Of a stretch of DNA of 43,658 nt, positions 34,805 through 43,658 are shown one piece after another; within the stretch, counting starts at the first letter, position 1, and each line of letters opens with the position of its first letter. Under the pieces are notes generated by a model. That model saw only the letters and a list, made by a program, of their open reading frames with translations, was not told where the DNA came from and did not search any database. The DNA is from Sandaracinaceae bacterium (lineage in GTDB: Bacteria > Myxococcota_A > Polyangia > Polyangiales > Sandaracinaceae). Made by a program: the position numbers and the translations under genes. The stretch is taken from the NCBI GenBank assembly GCA_044220955.1, contig JBGAQA010000057.1, forward strand, positions 1 to 43,658, written 5' to 3'.

Positions 34805-36247
34805 TCACGCGAAGATGCGCGGCGGCGGGACCCAGCCACCGAACGAGCGCTCGAGCTCCAGGGCGACCGCGACGCTTCGGTGGTCCTGCCCGTTGTTCGC
34901 GACCACCTGGCAGCCGAGGGGTACGCCCTGCTCGAGTCCGAGCGGCACGGCCGTGCTCGGCAGCTCCATCACGTTGAGGAGCGCGGTGTACGCCCAGTCG
35001 ATCGGACGCCGGAGCGCGACGCCGTGGTGGGGCGCGGGCAGCGTGTACGTCGGGTAGAGCATCACGCCGTCCCCGATGCGCTCCTCGAGCTCGCGCCGGA
35101 AGGCGTGCGCCTCCGCGACGAGCTTCTTGCTGTCGCCGGGGAGCATCTTCGGGATCCCCTCGATGGCGGCCAGCGCGAGCGCCGGGAGCGTGTGCGCCGA
35201 GCGCCCGAGCGCGAGCTTGACGAGCTCGCGCCCGACCCGCACGCGCCCCTCGCCGCCGGCCAGCATGCGTCCGAAGTCCTCGCCGCCCGTCTCCGACAGG
35301 AGCGTCGCCCAGTACAGCACCGACTTCGACAGGCCGCGGATCTTCGCTCGCTCGACGCGCGCCCCGCGTCGGCCGAGCGCATCGGCCGCGCGCTCTTGCG
35401 CAAGAGCGAGCGACGGGTGAACGCGCGAGACGCCGTTGCCCGCGACGTGCAGCACGCGCATCCCCTCGATCGAGACCGTCGAGGGATCGCCGAGCGCGAT
35501 CGGCAGCACCTCGGGCGAGGCTGCGGTCGGGCCCGCGAGCACCTTCACGAGCGGCCAGAGATCCTCCGCGCGGCGGACGAGCGGCCCGCTCGTCACGAAG
35601 CGCATCGCGTCCGGACCCGGCAGCGGCCACTGCCCCGCGTTCGGGATGAGGCCTCCCGTCGGCTTGTGGCCGAACACGCCGTTCATGAACGCCGGCAGGC
35701 GGATCGAGCCGCCGATGTCGGCGCCGAGGCCGAAAGGGACCAGGCCCGCTCCGACCGCTGCGCCCTCGCCGCCCGAGCTTCCACCGACCGTGCGTCCGAG
35801 ATCGTAGGGGTTGTTGCAGCGACCGTAGACGCGGTTGTCGCTCTCCATCCACATCAGGAGCTCGGAGATGTTCGTGACCCCGACGACGATCGCCCCGGCC
35901 GCGCGCAGGCGCTGCACCGCGACCGCGTCGTGCTGGCTGCGCGTGCCGATGCGCGAGACGAGGCCGGCCGTGAGCGGCATCCCGTCGACCGCGAACGACT
36001 CCTTGATCGTGCACGGCACGCCGTGGAGCGGACCGAGCGCCTCGCCGCGCCGCTGCTTCTGGTCCGCCGCCTCGGCCTCGCGGAGCGCGGCGGTCAGGCG
36101 CGACTCGACGATCGCGTTCAGCGAGGGATCGTGCCGCTCGATGTGTGCCGCGTGCGCGCGCACGACCTCGAGGCTCGTCGTCTCCCCGTCGCGGATCGCC
36201 CTCGCGAGCCTCGTCGCGGACGCCAGCAACATGTCGCGGGGGTTCAT
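34805..36247 (-). CDS. Amidase signature family enzyme
   Basis: GPLHGVPCTIKE, GGSSGGEG, GADIGGSIRLPA. Confidence 0.93.
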   Translation of the reverse strand: MNPRDMLLASATRLARAIRDGETTSLEVVRAHAAHIERHDPSLNAIVESRLTAALREAEAADQKQRRGEALGPLHGVPCTIKESFAVDGMPLTAGLVSRIGTRSQHDAVAVQRLRAAGAIVVGVTNISELLMWMESDNRVYGRCNNPYDLGRTVGGSSGGEGAAVGAGLVPFGLGADIGGSIRLPAFMNGVFGHKPTGGLIPNAGQWPLPGPDAMRFVTSGPLVRRAEDLWPLVKVLAGPTAASPEVLPIALGDPSTVSIEGMRVLHVAGNGVSRVHPSLALAQERAADALGRRGARVERAKIRGLSKSVLYWATLLSETGGEDFGRMLAGGEGRVRVGRELVKLALGRSAHTLPALALAAIEGIPKMLPGDSKKLVAEAHAFRRELEERIGDGVMLYPTYTLPAPHHGVALRRPIDWAYTALLNVMELPSTAVPLGLEQGVPLGCQVVANNGQDHRSVAVALELERSFGGWVPPPRIFA

Positions 36248-36284
36248 CGCGACGGCATCCTCGCCGATCGCGCGCGCGTCCACG

Positions 36285-36316
36285 AAACGAAAAACCGAGC
36301 TGCGTGAGCAGCCCGG
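36285..36316 (-). terminator. Rho-independent terminator downstream of mdh
   Basis: Minus strand CCGGGCTGC-tcac-GCAGCTCGG followed by TTTTTCGTTT. Confidence 0.8.
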
Positions 36317-36383
36317 CCTTTCCATCCAATTCGAGCGGAATCGGGGCTGCGCGGAATCGAGACCCTCCCGCGAAGCGCCGAGG

Positions 36384-37322
36384 TCAGAGCTTCGCGGAGT
36401 CCGTGATCAGGCCGCGGACGGCCTCTGCGCTCTTGTCGAGCATGGCCTTCTCGCTCTCGCTCAGCTCGATGACCACGACCCTCTCCGCGCCGCCGCCGCC
36501 GATGACGACCGGGACGCCGATGTAGAGATCCTTGTAGCCGTACTCGCCGTTCAGGTACGCGGCGCACGCGAGGATGCGCTTCTCGTCGCGCAGGTACGCC
36601 TCGGCCATCTCGATCGCGCCGGCGGCCGGCGCGTAGTACGCGCTCGTCCCCATGAGCTTGACGATCTCGCCGCCGCCACCCGCCGTCCGCTTGATGATGC
36701 CGTCGAGCACGTCGGCCGGGAGCAGCTGCTGGACGGGAATGCCGTTGACGGTGCAGTAGCCGAGCACGGGCACCATCGTGTCGCCGTGGCCGCCGAGCAC
36801 CAGCGCCCGCACGTCCTTGGTGCTGCACTTGGCCGCCATCGCGAGGAAGCACTGCAGGCGCGCCGAGTCGAGCACGCCGGCCATGCCGACGACCTGGCTG
36901 CCCTTGAAGCCGGTGACCTTCTTCATCTCGTAGACCATCGCGTCGAGCGGGTTCGAGATGACGACGACGAAGGCGTTCGGGGCGTTGTCCTTGATGCCGG
37001 CGGCGACCGCGCGGATGATCTTGAGGTTGATGCTCAGCAGGTCGTCGCGGCTCATGCCCGGCTTGCGCGGCACGCCGGCCGTGACGATGACCACGTCGGA
37101 GCCGGCGATGTCCTTGTAGTCGCTCGTGCCCGTGACGTTGCAGTCGAAGCCGTCCAGCGCGCCCGTCTGCATGATGTCGAGCGCCTTGCCGCGCGCGAAG
37201 TCCGCCTTCTCCGGGATGTCGAGGAGCACGCAGTCGCCCAGCTCCCGACGCGCGATGAGCATCGCGAGCTCACCACCGATGTTGCCCGCCCCGATGACCG
37301 AGATCTTCTTGCGCTGGACCAT
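36384..37322 (-). CDS. mdh: Malate dehydrogenase (LDH-like)
   Basis: [46 protein letters not shown]. Confidence 0.97.
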   Translation of the reverse strand: MVQRKKISVIGAGNIGGELAMLIARRELGDCVLLDIPEKADFARGKALDIMQTGALDGFDCNVTGTSDYKDIAGSDVVIVTAGVPRKPGMSRDDLLSINLKIIRAVAAGIKDNAPNAFVVVISNPLDAMVYEMKKVTGFKGSQVVGMAGVLDSARLQCFLAMAAKCSTKDVRALVLGGHGDTMVPVLGYCTVNGIPVQQLLPADVLDGIIKRTAGGGGEIVKLMGTSAYYAPAAGAIEMAEAYLRDEKRILACAAYLNGEYGYKDLYIGVPVVIGGGGAERVVVIELSESEKAMLDKSAEAVRGLITDSAKL

Positions 37323-37421
37323 CGTCGTACTCCTGTATTCGTGACGCCGCGGACGCGAAGGGCGTCACGCGGCGCGGACTCTACCGAGAAGCCCGCACAC
37401 GTGCACGCCGGTTCGCGGGCG

Positions 37422-38507
37422 TCACGACGCGGCGGCCCGGGCGCCGAGCGGCTCGGCGACGGCGGGCTCGTGGACCTTCCAGATCCATCCGTCGTAGAGG
37501 AAGTGGAGCATCGAGCTGCCGAGGTAATAGGTGAGGTAGAGGTCGCCGTCGGCCGCGGGCTGGAGCGCGAAATAGAGCAGCGCCAGGCCGCCCGAGAGGA
37601 GCGGCCCGACCAGGAGCGGCCGCCGCAGCAGGGCCGAGGCGAGGCTGCGCGCGCCCTCACGCCGCGCGAACTTGCGCTGCCCGAAGTGGTGCACGAACGC
37701 GACGTACTCCAGAGCGTGCGCGCTGCCGAACGTGAGGTAGCCGACGACGGGGCCATGCACGACGAACACGGCGAGGAGCGCCACCGTCGAGGCCAGGAAG
37801 GTCAAGCGGGGCACGCGCGCGGCGAGCGCGACGGAGGCCTTGAGCTCCGCGCGTAGCCACGAAGCCGCGGCGAGCGCGGCGCCCAGCCCGAGCAGCGCAC
37901 CGAGGGCGGCGAACCACGGGGACTCGACGAAGGGCAAGACGGCGAAGAGGGCCCGGCGCGCGCTCTCGTGTCCGAGGAAGCTCGCGCGCCGGAAGAACAC
38001 GAGCGCGAGCGCCACGCCCGACACGAGCGACCACACGAGCCGCTGGTCCCGCCGCGCGTGCGCGCGTCCCTCGAGCCCGCCGCCGGCCTTGGCCGCGTAG
38101 ACCCGCAGGATCCCGTAGCGCTGCTGCACGGTGTGCCAGACGTTCCACGTGCCGCTGGCCGCGAGCGCGATCCCCCACGCGGCGTCGCCCGCGTGTCGCG
38201 CGGCCGCGAGCGCGGCGAAGAGCAAGACGGGCGCGACCACGTACGCGCGTGCGTGCTCGCCGAACGCCTGCGCGTCGCCGTACACGAGCACGAAGGTGTA
38301 GTGCCGGTGCACGAACGTGATCGCGAGCACGACCAGCGTCGCCAGCGCCAGCGCGTCGAAGCGCTCCCCGAGGACGTGGACCTCGCCCCCTCCGTCGCCG
38401 ATCCGGAGCCCGAAGACGAACCAGAGGTAGAGCGGCACCCATGGCAGCGCGAGCAGCGCCACGTCCCAGAGCGGACCGCGGATCCAGCCGGTCGAGCGCG
38501 CGCTCAC
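37422..38507 (-). CDS. Polytopic membrane protein with His motifs
   Basis: Multiple TMs; HRHYTF, WHTVQQRYG, HALEY, HFLYDGWIWK. Confidence 0.75.
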   Translation of the reverse strand: MSARSTGWIRGPLWDVALLALPWVPLYLWFVFGLRIGDGGGEVHVLGERFDALALATLVVLAITFVHRHYTFVLVYGDAQAFGEHARAYVVAPVLLFAALAAARHAGDAAWGIALAASGTWNVWHTVQQRYGILRVYAAKAGGGLEGRAHARRDQRLVWSLVSGVALALVFFRRASFLGHESARRALFAVLPFVESPWFAALGALLGLGAALAAASWLRAELKASVALAARVPRLTFLASTVALLAVFVVHGPVVGYLTFGSAHALEYVAFVHHFGQRKFARREGARSLASALLRRPLLVGPLLSGGLALLYFALQPAADGDLYLTYYLGSSMLHFLYDGWIWKVHEPAVAEPLGARAAAS

Positions 38508-38522
38508 GTCGCGGCGCTGACG

Positions 38523-39920
38523 CTACATGTGCGCGATGATCGCGTCGCCGAACTCGGAGCACTTCACCTTCGTCGCGCCGTCCATCATGCGCGCGAAGTC
38601 GTAGGTCACGGTCTTGGCGCCGATGGCGCCGTCCATGCCCTTGATGATGAGGTCCGCAGCCTCGTCCCAGCCGAGGTGACGAAGCATCATCTCGCCGCTG
38701 AGGATGACCGAGCCGGGGTTGACCTGATCCTTGTCGGCGTACTTCGGCGCGGTCCCGTGGGTCGCCTCGAAGATGGCGTGGCCGGTGACGTAGTTGATGT
38801 TGCCGCCGGGCGCGATGCCGATGCCGCCGACCTGCGCCGCGAGCGCGTCCGAGAGGTAGTCGCCGTTGAGGTTGAGCGTCGCGATGACGTCGAAGTCGGC
38901 GGGGCGCGTGAGCACCTGCTGCAGGGTGATGTCGGCGATGCTGTCCTTGATCAGGAGCAGCTTCTTCCACTTGCCTTCGCCGTGGGTCGGCCAGAGCTTC
39001 AGGGCGGTCTCGACCTCGGCGTGCAGCTCCGTCTTCTGCTTCGGCGGCAGCATGTCGTAGCCAGGCTCGACCTGTCGCGCGTTCGCTTCCGTCGTGCAGC
39101 CGGCGTCGGCCTCCTTGTTGCCGAGGATCCACGTCTCGCGCTCCGTCACCACGCGGCCGCGGAACTCGCGCACGGCGACGTCGTAGCCCCAGGTGCGGAA
39201 CGCACCCTCGGTGAACTTCATGATGTTGCCCTTGTGGACGAGGGTGACGCTCCTCTTCTTGTACTTGAGCGCCATCTCGATGGCGGCGCGCACGAGGCGC
39301 TCGGTGCCGTCCTTGCTGACGGCCTTGATGCCGATGCCGCTCGTCTCGGGGAAGCGGATCTTGCCGTGCTCCTTGGGGAAGTTCTCCTTCAGGAAGCCGA
39401 CGACCTTCTTCACGCTCTCGCTGCCGGCCTCCCACTCGATGCCGGCGTAGATGTCCTCGCAGTTCTCGCGGAAGATCGTCATGTCGACCTTCTCGGGCGA
39501 GCGGACGGGCGAGGGGACGCCCTTGAACCAGCGCACCGGACGCAGGCAGACGTAGAGGTCGAGCATCTGGCGCAGCGCGACGTTCAGCGAGCGGATCCCG
39601 CCGCCGATCGGCGTCGTGAGCGGGCCCTTGATGCCGACGAGGTACTTCTTGAAGTCGGCGACGGTCTGGTCGGGCAGCCAGTTGCCCCACTGCTTGAACG
39701 CCTTCTCACCGGCGTAGACCTCGTGCCAGACGATCTTCTTCTTGCCGCCGTAGGCCTTGCTCACCGCGGCGTCGAGCACGCGCACCGACGACTTCCAGAT
39801 GTCGCGTCCGGTGCCGTCCCCCTCGATGAACGGGATGATGGGATCGCTCGGCACGTTCAGCTTGCCGTCCGGGCTCATCGTGATCGGGGTGCCAGTCGTC
39901 GGCGCGGGCCAGGTCGTCAT
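38523..39920 (-). CDS. icd: NADP-dependent isocitrate dehydrogenase (dimeric type)
   Basis: [65 protein letters not shown]. Confidence 0.97.
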   Translation of the reverse strand: MTTWPAPTTGTPITMSPDGKLNVPSDPIIPFIEGDGTGRDIWKSSVRVLDAAVSKAYGGKKKIVWHEVYAGEKAFKQWGNWLPDQTVADFKKYLVGIKGPLTTPIGGGIRSLNVALRQMLDLYVCLRPVRWFKGVPSPVRSPEKVDMTIFRENCEDIYAGIEWEAGSESVKKVVGFLKENFPKEHGKIRFPETSGIGIKAVSKDGTERLVRAAIEMALKYKKRSVTLVHKGNIMKFTEGAFRTWGYDVAVREFRGRVVTERETWILGNKEADAGCTTEANARQVEPGYDMLPPKQKTELHAEVETALKLWPTHGEGKWKKLLLIKDSIADITLQQVLTRPADFDVIATLNLNGDYLSDALAAQVGGIGIAPGGNINYVTGHAIFEATHGTAPKYADKDQVNPGSVILSGEMMLRHLGWDEAADLIIKGMDGAIGAKTVTYDFARMMDGATKVKCSEFGDAIIAHM

Positions 39921-39971
39921 GGTCGGGTGTGCTCCTTCCGAACGAATTTCGGACGCGTCTTGTACCACACG

Positions 39972-40937
39972 CTAGGGGGAGGGGGCCGCGACGGAGATGC
40001 GCGTGACGGTGAGTCCGTGGCTTCGCAGATCTGCCAGCACGCCGTCGTCACCGAGGACCTCCGTGACGGAGAGCACGGCGAGCGCGTTGCCCGCGCGCAG
40101 CTCCGCCTCGAGCGTCTCGGCGTGCGCGTCGCGCATTCGCCGGGACGCCGTCCGCGAGACGTCGGCGAAGCGCTCGACACCCGGAGGCGCGTCGTGGTTG
40201 GCGGCGATCAACACCGCCTCGTCGCCGGCGCGATAGGCGGCGAGGACCGCGCGGGCCGCCGCGCGCTCGGCGTCGAGCGCATCGAGCTCGCCGCGGAGCG
40301 CGTCGGTCGCCGACGGCGCCACCGCGGTGAACCATCGGTCGAGCTCGTCGTGGTCGTAGAGGCCGAGCAAGGGCGCGCCCGACATCCGGCGACGCGAGAC
40401 CGCGTCGTGCGTCGGCGAGATCCGCCCATCCGACGCATCGACCCCGTACGCGTCCGCCGCGAGCGCGAGCACCAGCACCTCGAGCGCCCAGGTCGGGCGG
40501 AGGAACGGCACGATCATCGGCGGCACGAGGTCGTCGATCTCGGCCCCGAGCAGCTCGGCCCGCTCGGGGCCGATCGCGCGCGCGAGGGACCCCGAGCGAT
40601 CGAGCCCGTGATCGAGCAGCGCCTGGTGCGCCTCCTCCGAGGTCTGGGCATCGGGCACGATCACGAGGCGCGCGAAGCGGAAGAGCACCATGTAGTCGGC
40701 CGGGAAGGACTCGTGCAGCGGGCAGCCCGGGTCGAGCGCGGCGAACACGTACGAGGACTGCGCCTCGGTGTGGACCTCGAAGAGCCAGCTGGGCGTGAGG
40801 ACCGGCTCGGGCGCCGTGGCCGCCGTCGCGGGGGGTGGCGCGGGCGAGGGCGAGGGCGAAGGCGAAGGCGAAGGTGAGGGCGCGGGACCGGAGCAGGCGA
40901 GGGTGAGCGCGACGAGCAGCAGCCTGGTGCGGTGCAT
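39972..40937 (-). CDS. TraB/GumN-like lipoprotein, divergent
   Basis: Lipobox TLA-C, (PS)n linker, WLFEV..SYVF, LRPTW, GVD, AYRAGD, DGVLADLRSHGLTVTRI. Confidence 0.65.
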   Translation of the reverse strand: MHRTRLLLVALTLACSGPAPSPSPSPSPSPSPAPPPATAATAPEPVLTPSWLFEVHTEAQSSYVFAALDPGCPLHESFPADYMVLFRFARLVIVPDAQTSEEAHQALLDHGLDRSGSLARAIGPERAELLGAEIDDLVPPMIVPFLRPTWALEVLVLALAADAYGVDASDGRISPTHDAVSRRRMSGAPLLGLYDHDELDRWFTAVAPSATDALRGELDALDAERAAARAVLAAYRAGDEAVLIAANHDAPPGVERFADVSRTASRRMRDAHAETLEAELRAGNALAVLSVTEVLGDDGVLADLRSHGLTVTRISVAAPSP

Positions 40938-40944
40938 CGCGGGC

Positions 40945-40954
40945 AGCGTACACT
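40945..40954. promoter_or_regulatory. Candidate bidirectional -10 element AGCGTACACT
   Basis: TACACT on + (8 nt to ATG 40963) and TACGCT on - (7 nt to ATG 40937), sharing the central TA. Confidence 0.55.
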
Positions 40955-40962
40955 TTTCGGCC

Positions 40963-42054
40963 ATGCGCTCCGCCCTCCTCGCGCTCGCCCTCTCGCTCGC
41001 GGTCCTGCCCGCGTGCAGCGCGCCCGAGGGACCGAACGGGAACCTCGTGGACGCGGCCCGCCCCGCCGACGCGCGCCCGGACGCGCTCGCCGATGCGCGC
41101 GGCGACGCGCCCGCCGCGGACGCGAACGACGCGGCGCGCCTGCCCGACACCGGCCCGCCCCACACGCTCGGCCCGCCGTACCCGATCGTGTTCGCGCACG
41201 GCTTCTTCGGCTTCGAGCACTTCGCGGGCATCGACTACATCGACTACTTCTTCCACGTCCGGCAGGCGCTCGAGATGTCGGGCGAGACCAACGTCTACTT
41301 CCCGACGGTCGACCCGTTCAACACGTCCGTCGTGCGCGGCGCGATGCTCGCCGAGCAGGTGCAGCGGATCCTCGACACCACCGGGTACCGCCAGGTCGTG
41401 CTCGTCGGGCACTCGCAGGGCGGGCTCGACGCGCGCGTCGTCGCGCACGATCACCCCGAGTGGGTCGCCGCGGTCTACACGATCGCGACGCCGCACGGCG
41501 GGACACCGGTGTCCGACGTGCTCGACGAGCTCGTCAGCGACCCGCGCCTGCGCGACGCGCTGAACGCCATCGCGAGCCTCGTGTACCTGCCGCTCTACGA
41601 CGGCGCGGGGGCCACGACCAGCGTCTGGCTCGGGATCGACCAGTTCAACACGCCGAACATGGCGGCGTTCAACGCGGCGTACCCGGACGACCCGGGGATA
41701 CCTTATTTCTCCATCGGCGGACGCAGCGCGCTGCACGATGGCGGCAGCGACTGCATGGCCCCGGACCGCCCGCCCTTCATCGCGCGCTACGACTCCGAGA
41801 ACGACCCGATCGATCCGCTGCTCAGCGTCACCGGGCTCATCCTGAACGGCGGCGACGCCTTCCGCCCGATCCCGAACGACGGCCTGGTCACCGTGCCCAG
41901 CTCGCGCCACGGCGTCTTCCTCGGCTGCATCCCGGCCGATCACCTCGACGAGATCGGCCAGCTCTTCGGCGACGGCCCCGGCGCCTTCAACGACTTCGAT
42001 CACTACCAGTTCTACCGGGACCTCGTGGCGTTCATCCGCGCGCGCGGGGACTGA
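40963..42054 (+). CDS. Triacylglycerol lipase (alpha/beta hydrolase) lipoprotein
   Basis: Lipobox LPA-C; YPIVFAHGFFG, GHSQGG, TPHGGT, NDGLV, DHLDEIGQ. Confidence 0.93.
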   Translation: MRSALLALALSLAVLPACSAPEGPNGNLVDAARPADARPDALADARGDAPAADANDAARLPDTGPPHTLGPPYPIVFAHGFFGFEHFAGIDYIDYFFHVRQALEMSGETNVYFPTVDPFNTSVVRGAMLAEQVQRILDTTGYRQVVLVGHSQGGLDARVVAHDHPEWVAAVYTIATPHGGTPVSDVLDELVSDPRLRDALNAIASLVYLPLYDGAGATTSVWLGIDQFNTPNMAAFNAAYPDDPGIPYFSIGGRSALHDGGSDCMAPDRPPFIARYDSENDPIDPLLSVTGLILNGGDAFRPIPNDGLVTVPSSRHGVFLGCIPADHLDEIGQLFGDGPGAFNDFDHYQFYRDLVAFIRARGD

Positions 42055-42170
42055 CGTCGATCTCGACACGGCGTCCGAGCGCACCGGCGCCCGAGGGCGT
42101 CAGACCGGCGCGGCCGGACGCGAGCGAGCCGGGGGGTGGAAGCTCGATCGCGCGCGCCTACGTCTTGACC

Positions 42171-42563
42171 ATGCGAGCGATCCTCCCCGCCCTCGCCGTC
42201 GCCCTCGCTCTCGTCCCCGCCATCGGCGCCGCGCAGTGCCCTGCAGGGGTGGTCGCGCGCGACGTCGCGTACACGTGTCCGCCCTCGGCCCCCAACCTCG
42301 ACTTCGCCGGGGTCTGCGTGCCGGAGAGCACGGGCTACGTCTGCGGCACGAGCTGCACCGTCTGCTTCTGCGGCAACACATTCTCTTCGCGGCTGCCGTG
42401 CCCGGCGCAGGACTCCGGCCCCGCTCCGCCCTACGAGCCCCTGCCGGCCTGTGGCAGCGTCGCGCCGGGCCGCGGTGCGTCGCTCGTGTCGCTCGGGCTC
42501 GCGGTGATCGCGACGATTGCTGCCTCGAGGCGTGGCCGTCGGGGCGGCCGAGCGGGCCGGTGA
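42171..42563 (+). CDS. Small Cys-rich exported protein with MYXO-CTERM-like tail
   Basis: Signal peptide; C-terminal Cys, short linker, hydrophobic helix, Arg cluster. Confidence 0.65.
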   Translation: MRAILPALAVALALVPAIGAAQCPAGVVARDVAYTCPPSAPNLDFAGVCVPESTGYVCGTSCTVCFCGNTFSSRLPCPAQDSGPAPPYEPLPACGSVAPGRGASLVSLGLAVIATIAASRRGRRGGRAGR

Positions 42564-42605
42564 TGCGAGCTTGACCGAGCACGAGCGCGGTCGAACGATG
42601 GCGCG

Positions 42606-43268
42606 ATGACCCTCGCGGTCGCGCGCACGCTGGGCTTCCTCGCGCTCCTCGCGTCGCCCGGCTGTTACCTGAGTCACGAGCGCAGCCCCGCGGACGCCCG
42701 GGTCGAGGCGGGCTCGGACGCGGCCGTCACGGCGCCGCCCGACGCAGGCGCGCTCTGCCGCTTCACGGTCACGACCGCCGAGCAGACGGCGCGCTGCACC
42801 GTCTCGACCGGCTCGACCGAGTCGTGCGCCGAGGCGGCGGTCTGCCTCTGCGCGGCGGGGGAAGCGGCCACGCCGAGCGAGATCCTCGCGTGCGCGGGCC
42901 CGGAGCTGACGTTCCGCGGTGCGCTCACGTTCACCGACTTCTGCACGGCGTCGCCCCCCGCGCGCATGGGGCTGCGCGAGGCGCTCGAGGGCTATCTCGG
43001 CGGGCGTGGCGCGGCGGCACTCCTCGAGGCCTCGCCCGAGTGCGAGTCTCTGCCGGCGCTCTTCGGCACCCGCCCCTACGCCTCGTGCGGCGCCATGGCG
43101 AGCCGGCTCTGCGCGTGCGTGCCCGGCTGTGATCTCGACGCGGCCCTGGGTCGCTCGTGCCTCGGGCTCGACGCCGAGCGCGCCGACTGCATCGCAGGAC
43201 GCGTCGTGGCCGGGAGCGACTGCGCCTTCGTCGCCCAGCTGCCGGCGATCGTCGCCGCGTGCCTCTGA
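42606..43268 (+). CDS. Cys-rich putative lipoprotein
   Basis: Signal ending SPG-C-YLSHER, PDAG linker, many Cys. Confidence 0.75.
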   Translation: MTLAVARTLGFLALLASPGCYLSHERSPADARVEAGSDAAVTAPPDAGALCRFTVTTAEQTARCTVSTGSTESCAEAAVCLCAAGEAATPSEILACAGPELTFRGALTFTDFCTASPPARMGLREALEGYLGGRGAAALLEASPECESLPALFGTRPYASCGAMASRLCACVPGCDLDAALGRSCLGLDAERADCIAGRVVAGSDCAFVAQLPAIVAACL

Positions 43269-43284
43269 GGGAGCCCGCCCGGCG

Positions 43285-43510
43285 TCAGCGCGCGAGCCCG
43301 ACGCGCCTGCGGGCGACGAGGCACGCGTCGCCGCCGACCGCGAAGTCGCGGCAGCTCGTGGGCCGATCGTCGTACGGTGCAGGCGTGGCCGCGCGCGTCG
43401 CTGGTGAGCGCGGGGCAGCGGCCCTCGGGACGCGGCATCTCGGGCCGGCCGTCGATCATCGTGACGAGGTCCGGGCGGAGCTTGCGGAGCACGTCGCGGC
43501 GCGTGAGGAC
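43285..43510 (-). pseudogene. Frameshifted, 5'-truncated YkgJ-type cysteine-cluster gene fragment
   Basis: GRCPAL..HACT, frameshift at about 43375, then YDDRPTSCRDFAVGGDACLVARRRVGLAR-stop. Confidence 0.7.
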
Positions 43511-43511
43511 C

Positions 43512-43658
43512 AAGAGGCTCGGGAGCGAGCTCGCGTGCAACATACACTTCCACTCGCTCACGATCGACGGCGTGCACGACGCGAGCGGCCGCTTCACGCC
43601 GATCGAGGCGCCCACGATGGACGAGATGGCCGAGCTCACCGCTCGCATCGCCGAGCGC
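43512..43658 (+). mobile_element. Internal fragment of an IS91/ISCR-family (HUH) transposase, runs off the window end
   Basis: Frame from 43518 reads LGSELACNIHFHSLTIDGVH..FTPIEAPTMDEMAELTARIAER, matching the FGS.L..N.HFH...DG motif. Confidence 0.75.

Overview
Very GC-rich bacterial chromosomal segment. The gene style (Cys-rich and D-A-G-linker lipoproteins, Ser/Thr kinase plus PP2C, a MYXO-CTERM-like tail) points to a myxobacterium, probably Polyangia/Sandaracinus-like (inference). It holds about 38 genes: housekeeping (prfC, uvrA, pdxA, mdh, icd), envelope enzymes (L,D-transpeptidase, VanW, lipase, patatin, phosphoesterase, amidase), signalling proteins and an Rpn/YhgA-like nuclease with a likely intragenic RpnS start. 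No rRNA, tRNA or CRISPR array was found. Most notable: (1) an ECF-sigma-like domain fused to a membrane Ser/Thr kinase, divergent from a membrane PP2C phosphatase; (2) a dispersed (GAGAGC/GCTCTC)n hexamer repeat family placed at stop codons, against -10 boxes and inside uvrA; (3) a 25-bp divergent gap with overlapping -10 boxes for two apparently leaderless genes; (4) several junctions joining 5'-less gene fragments (MoxR/SPFH, vanW/unknown, YkgJ/IS91), which are either deletion scars or assembly chimeras. All family calls come from motif recognition by eye; no searches were run.
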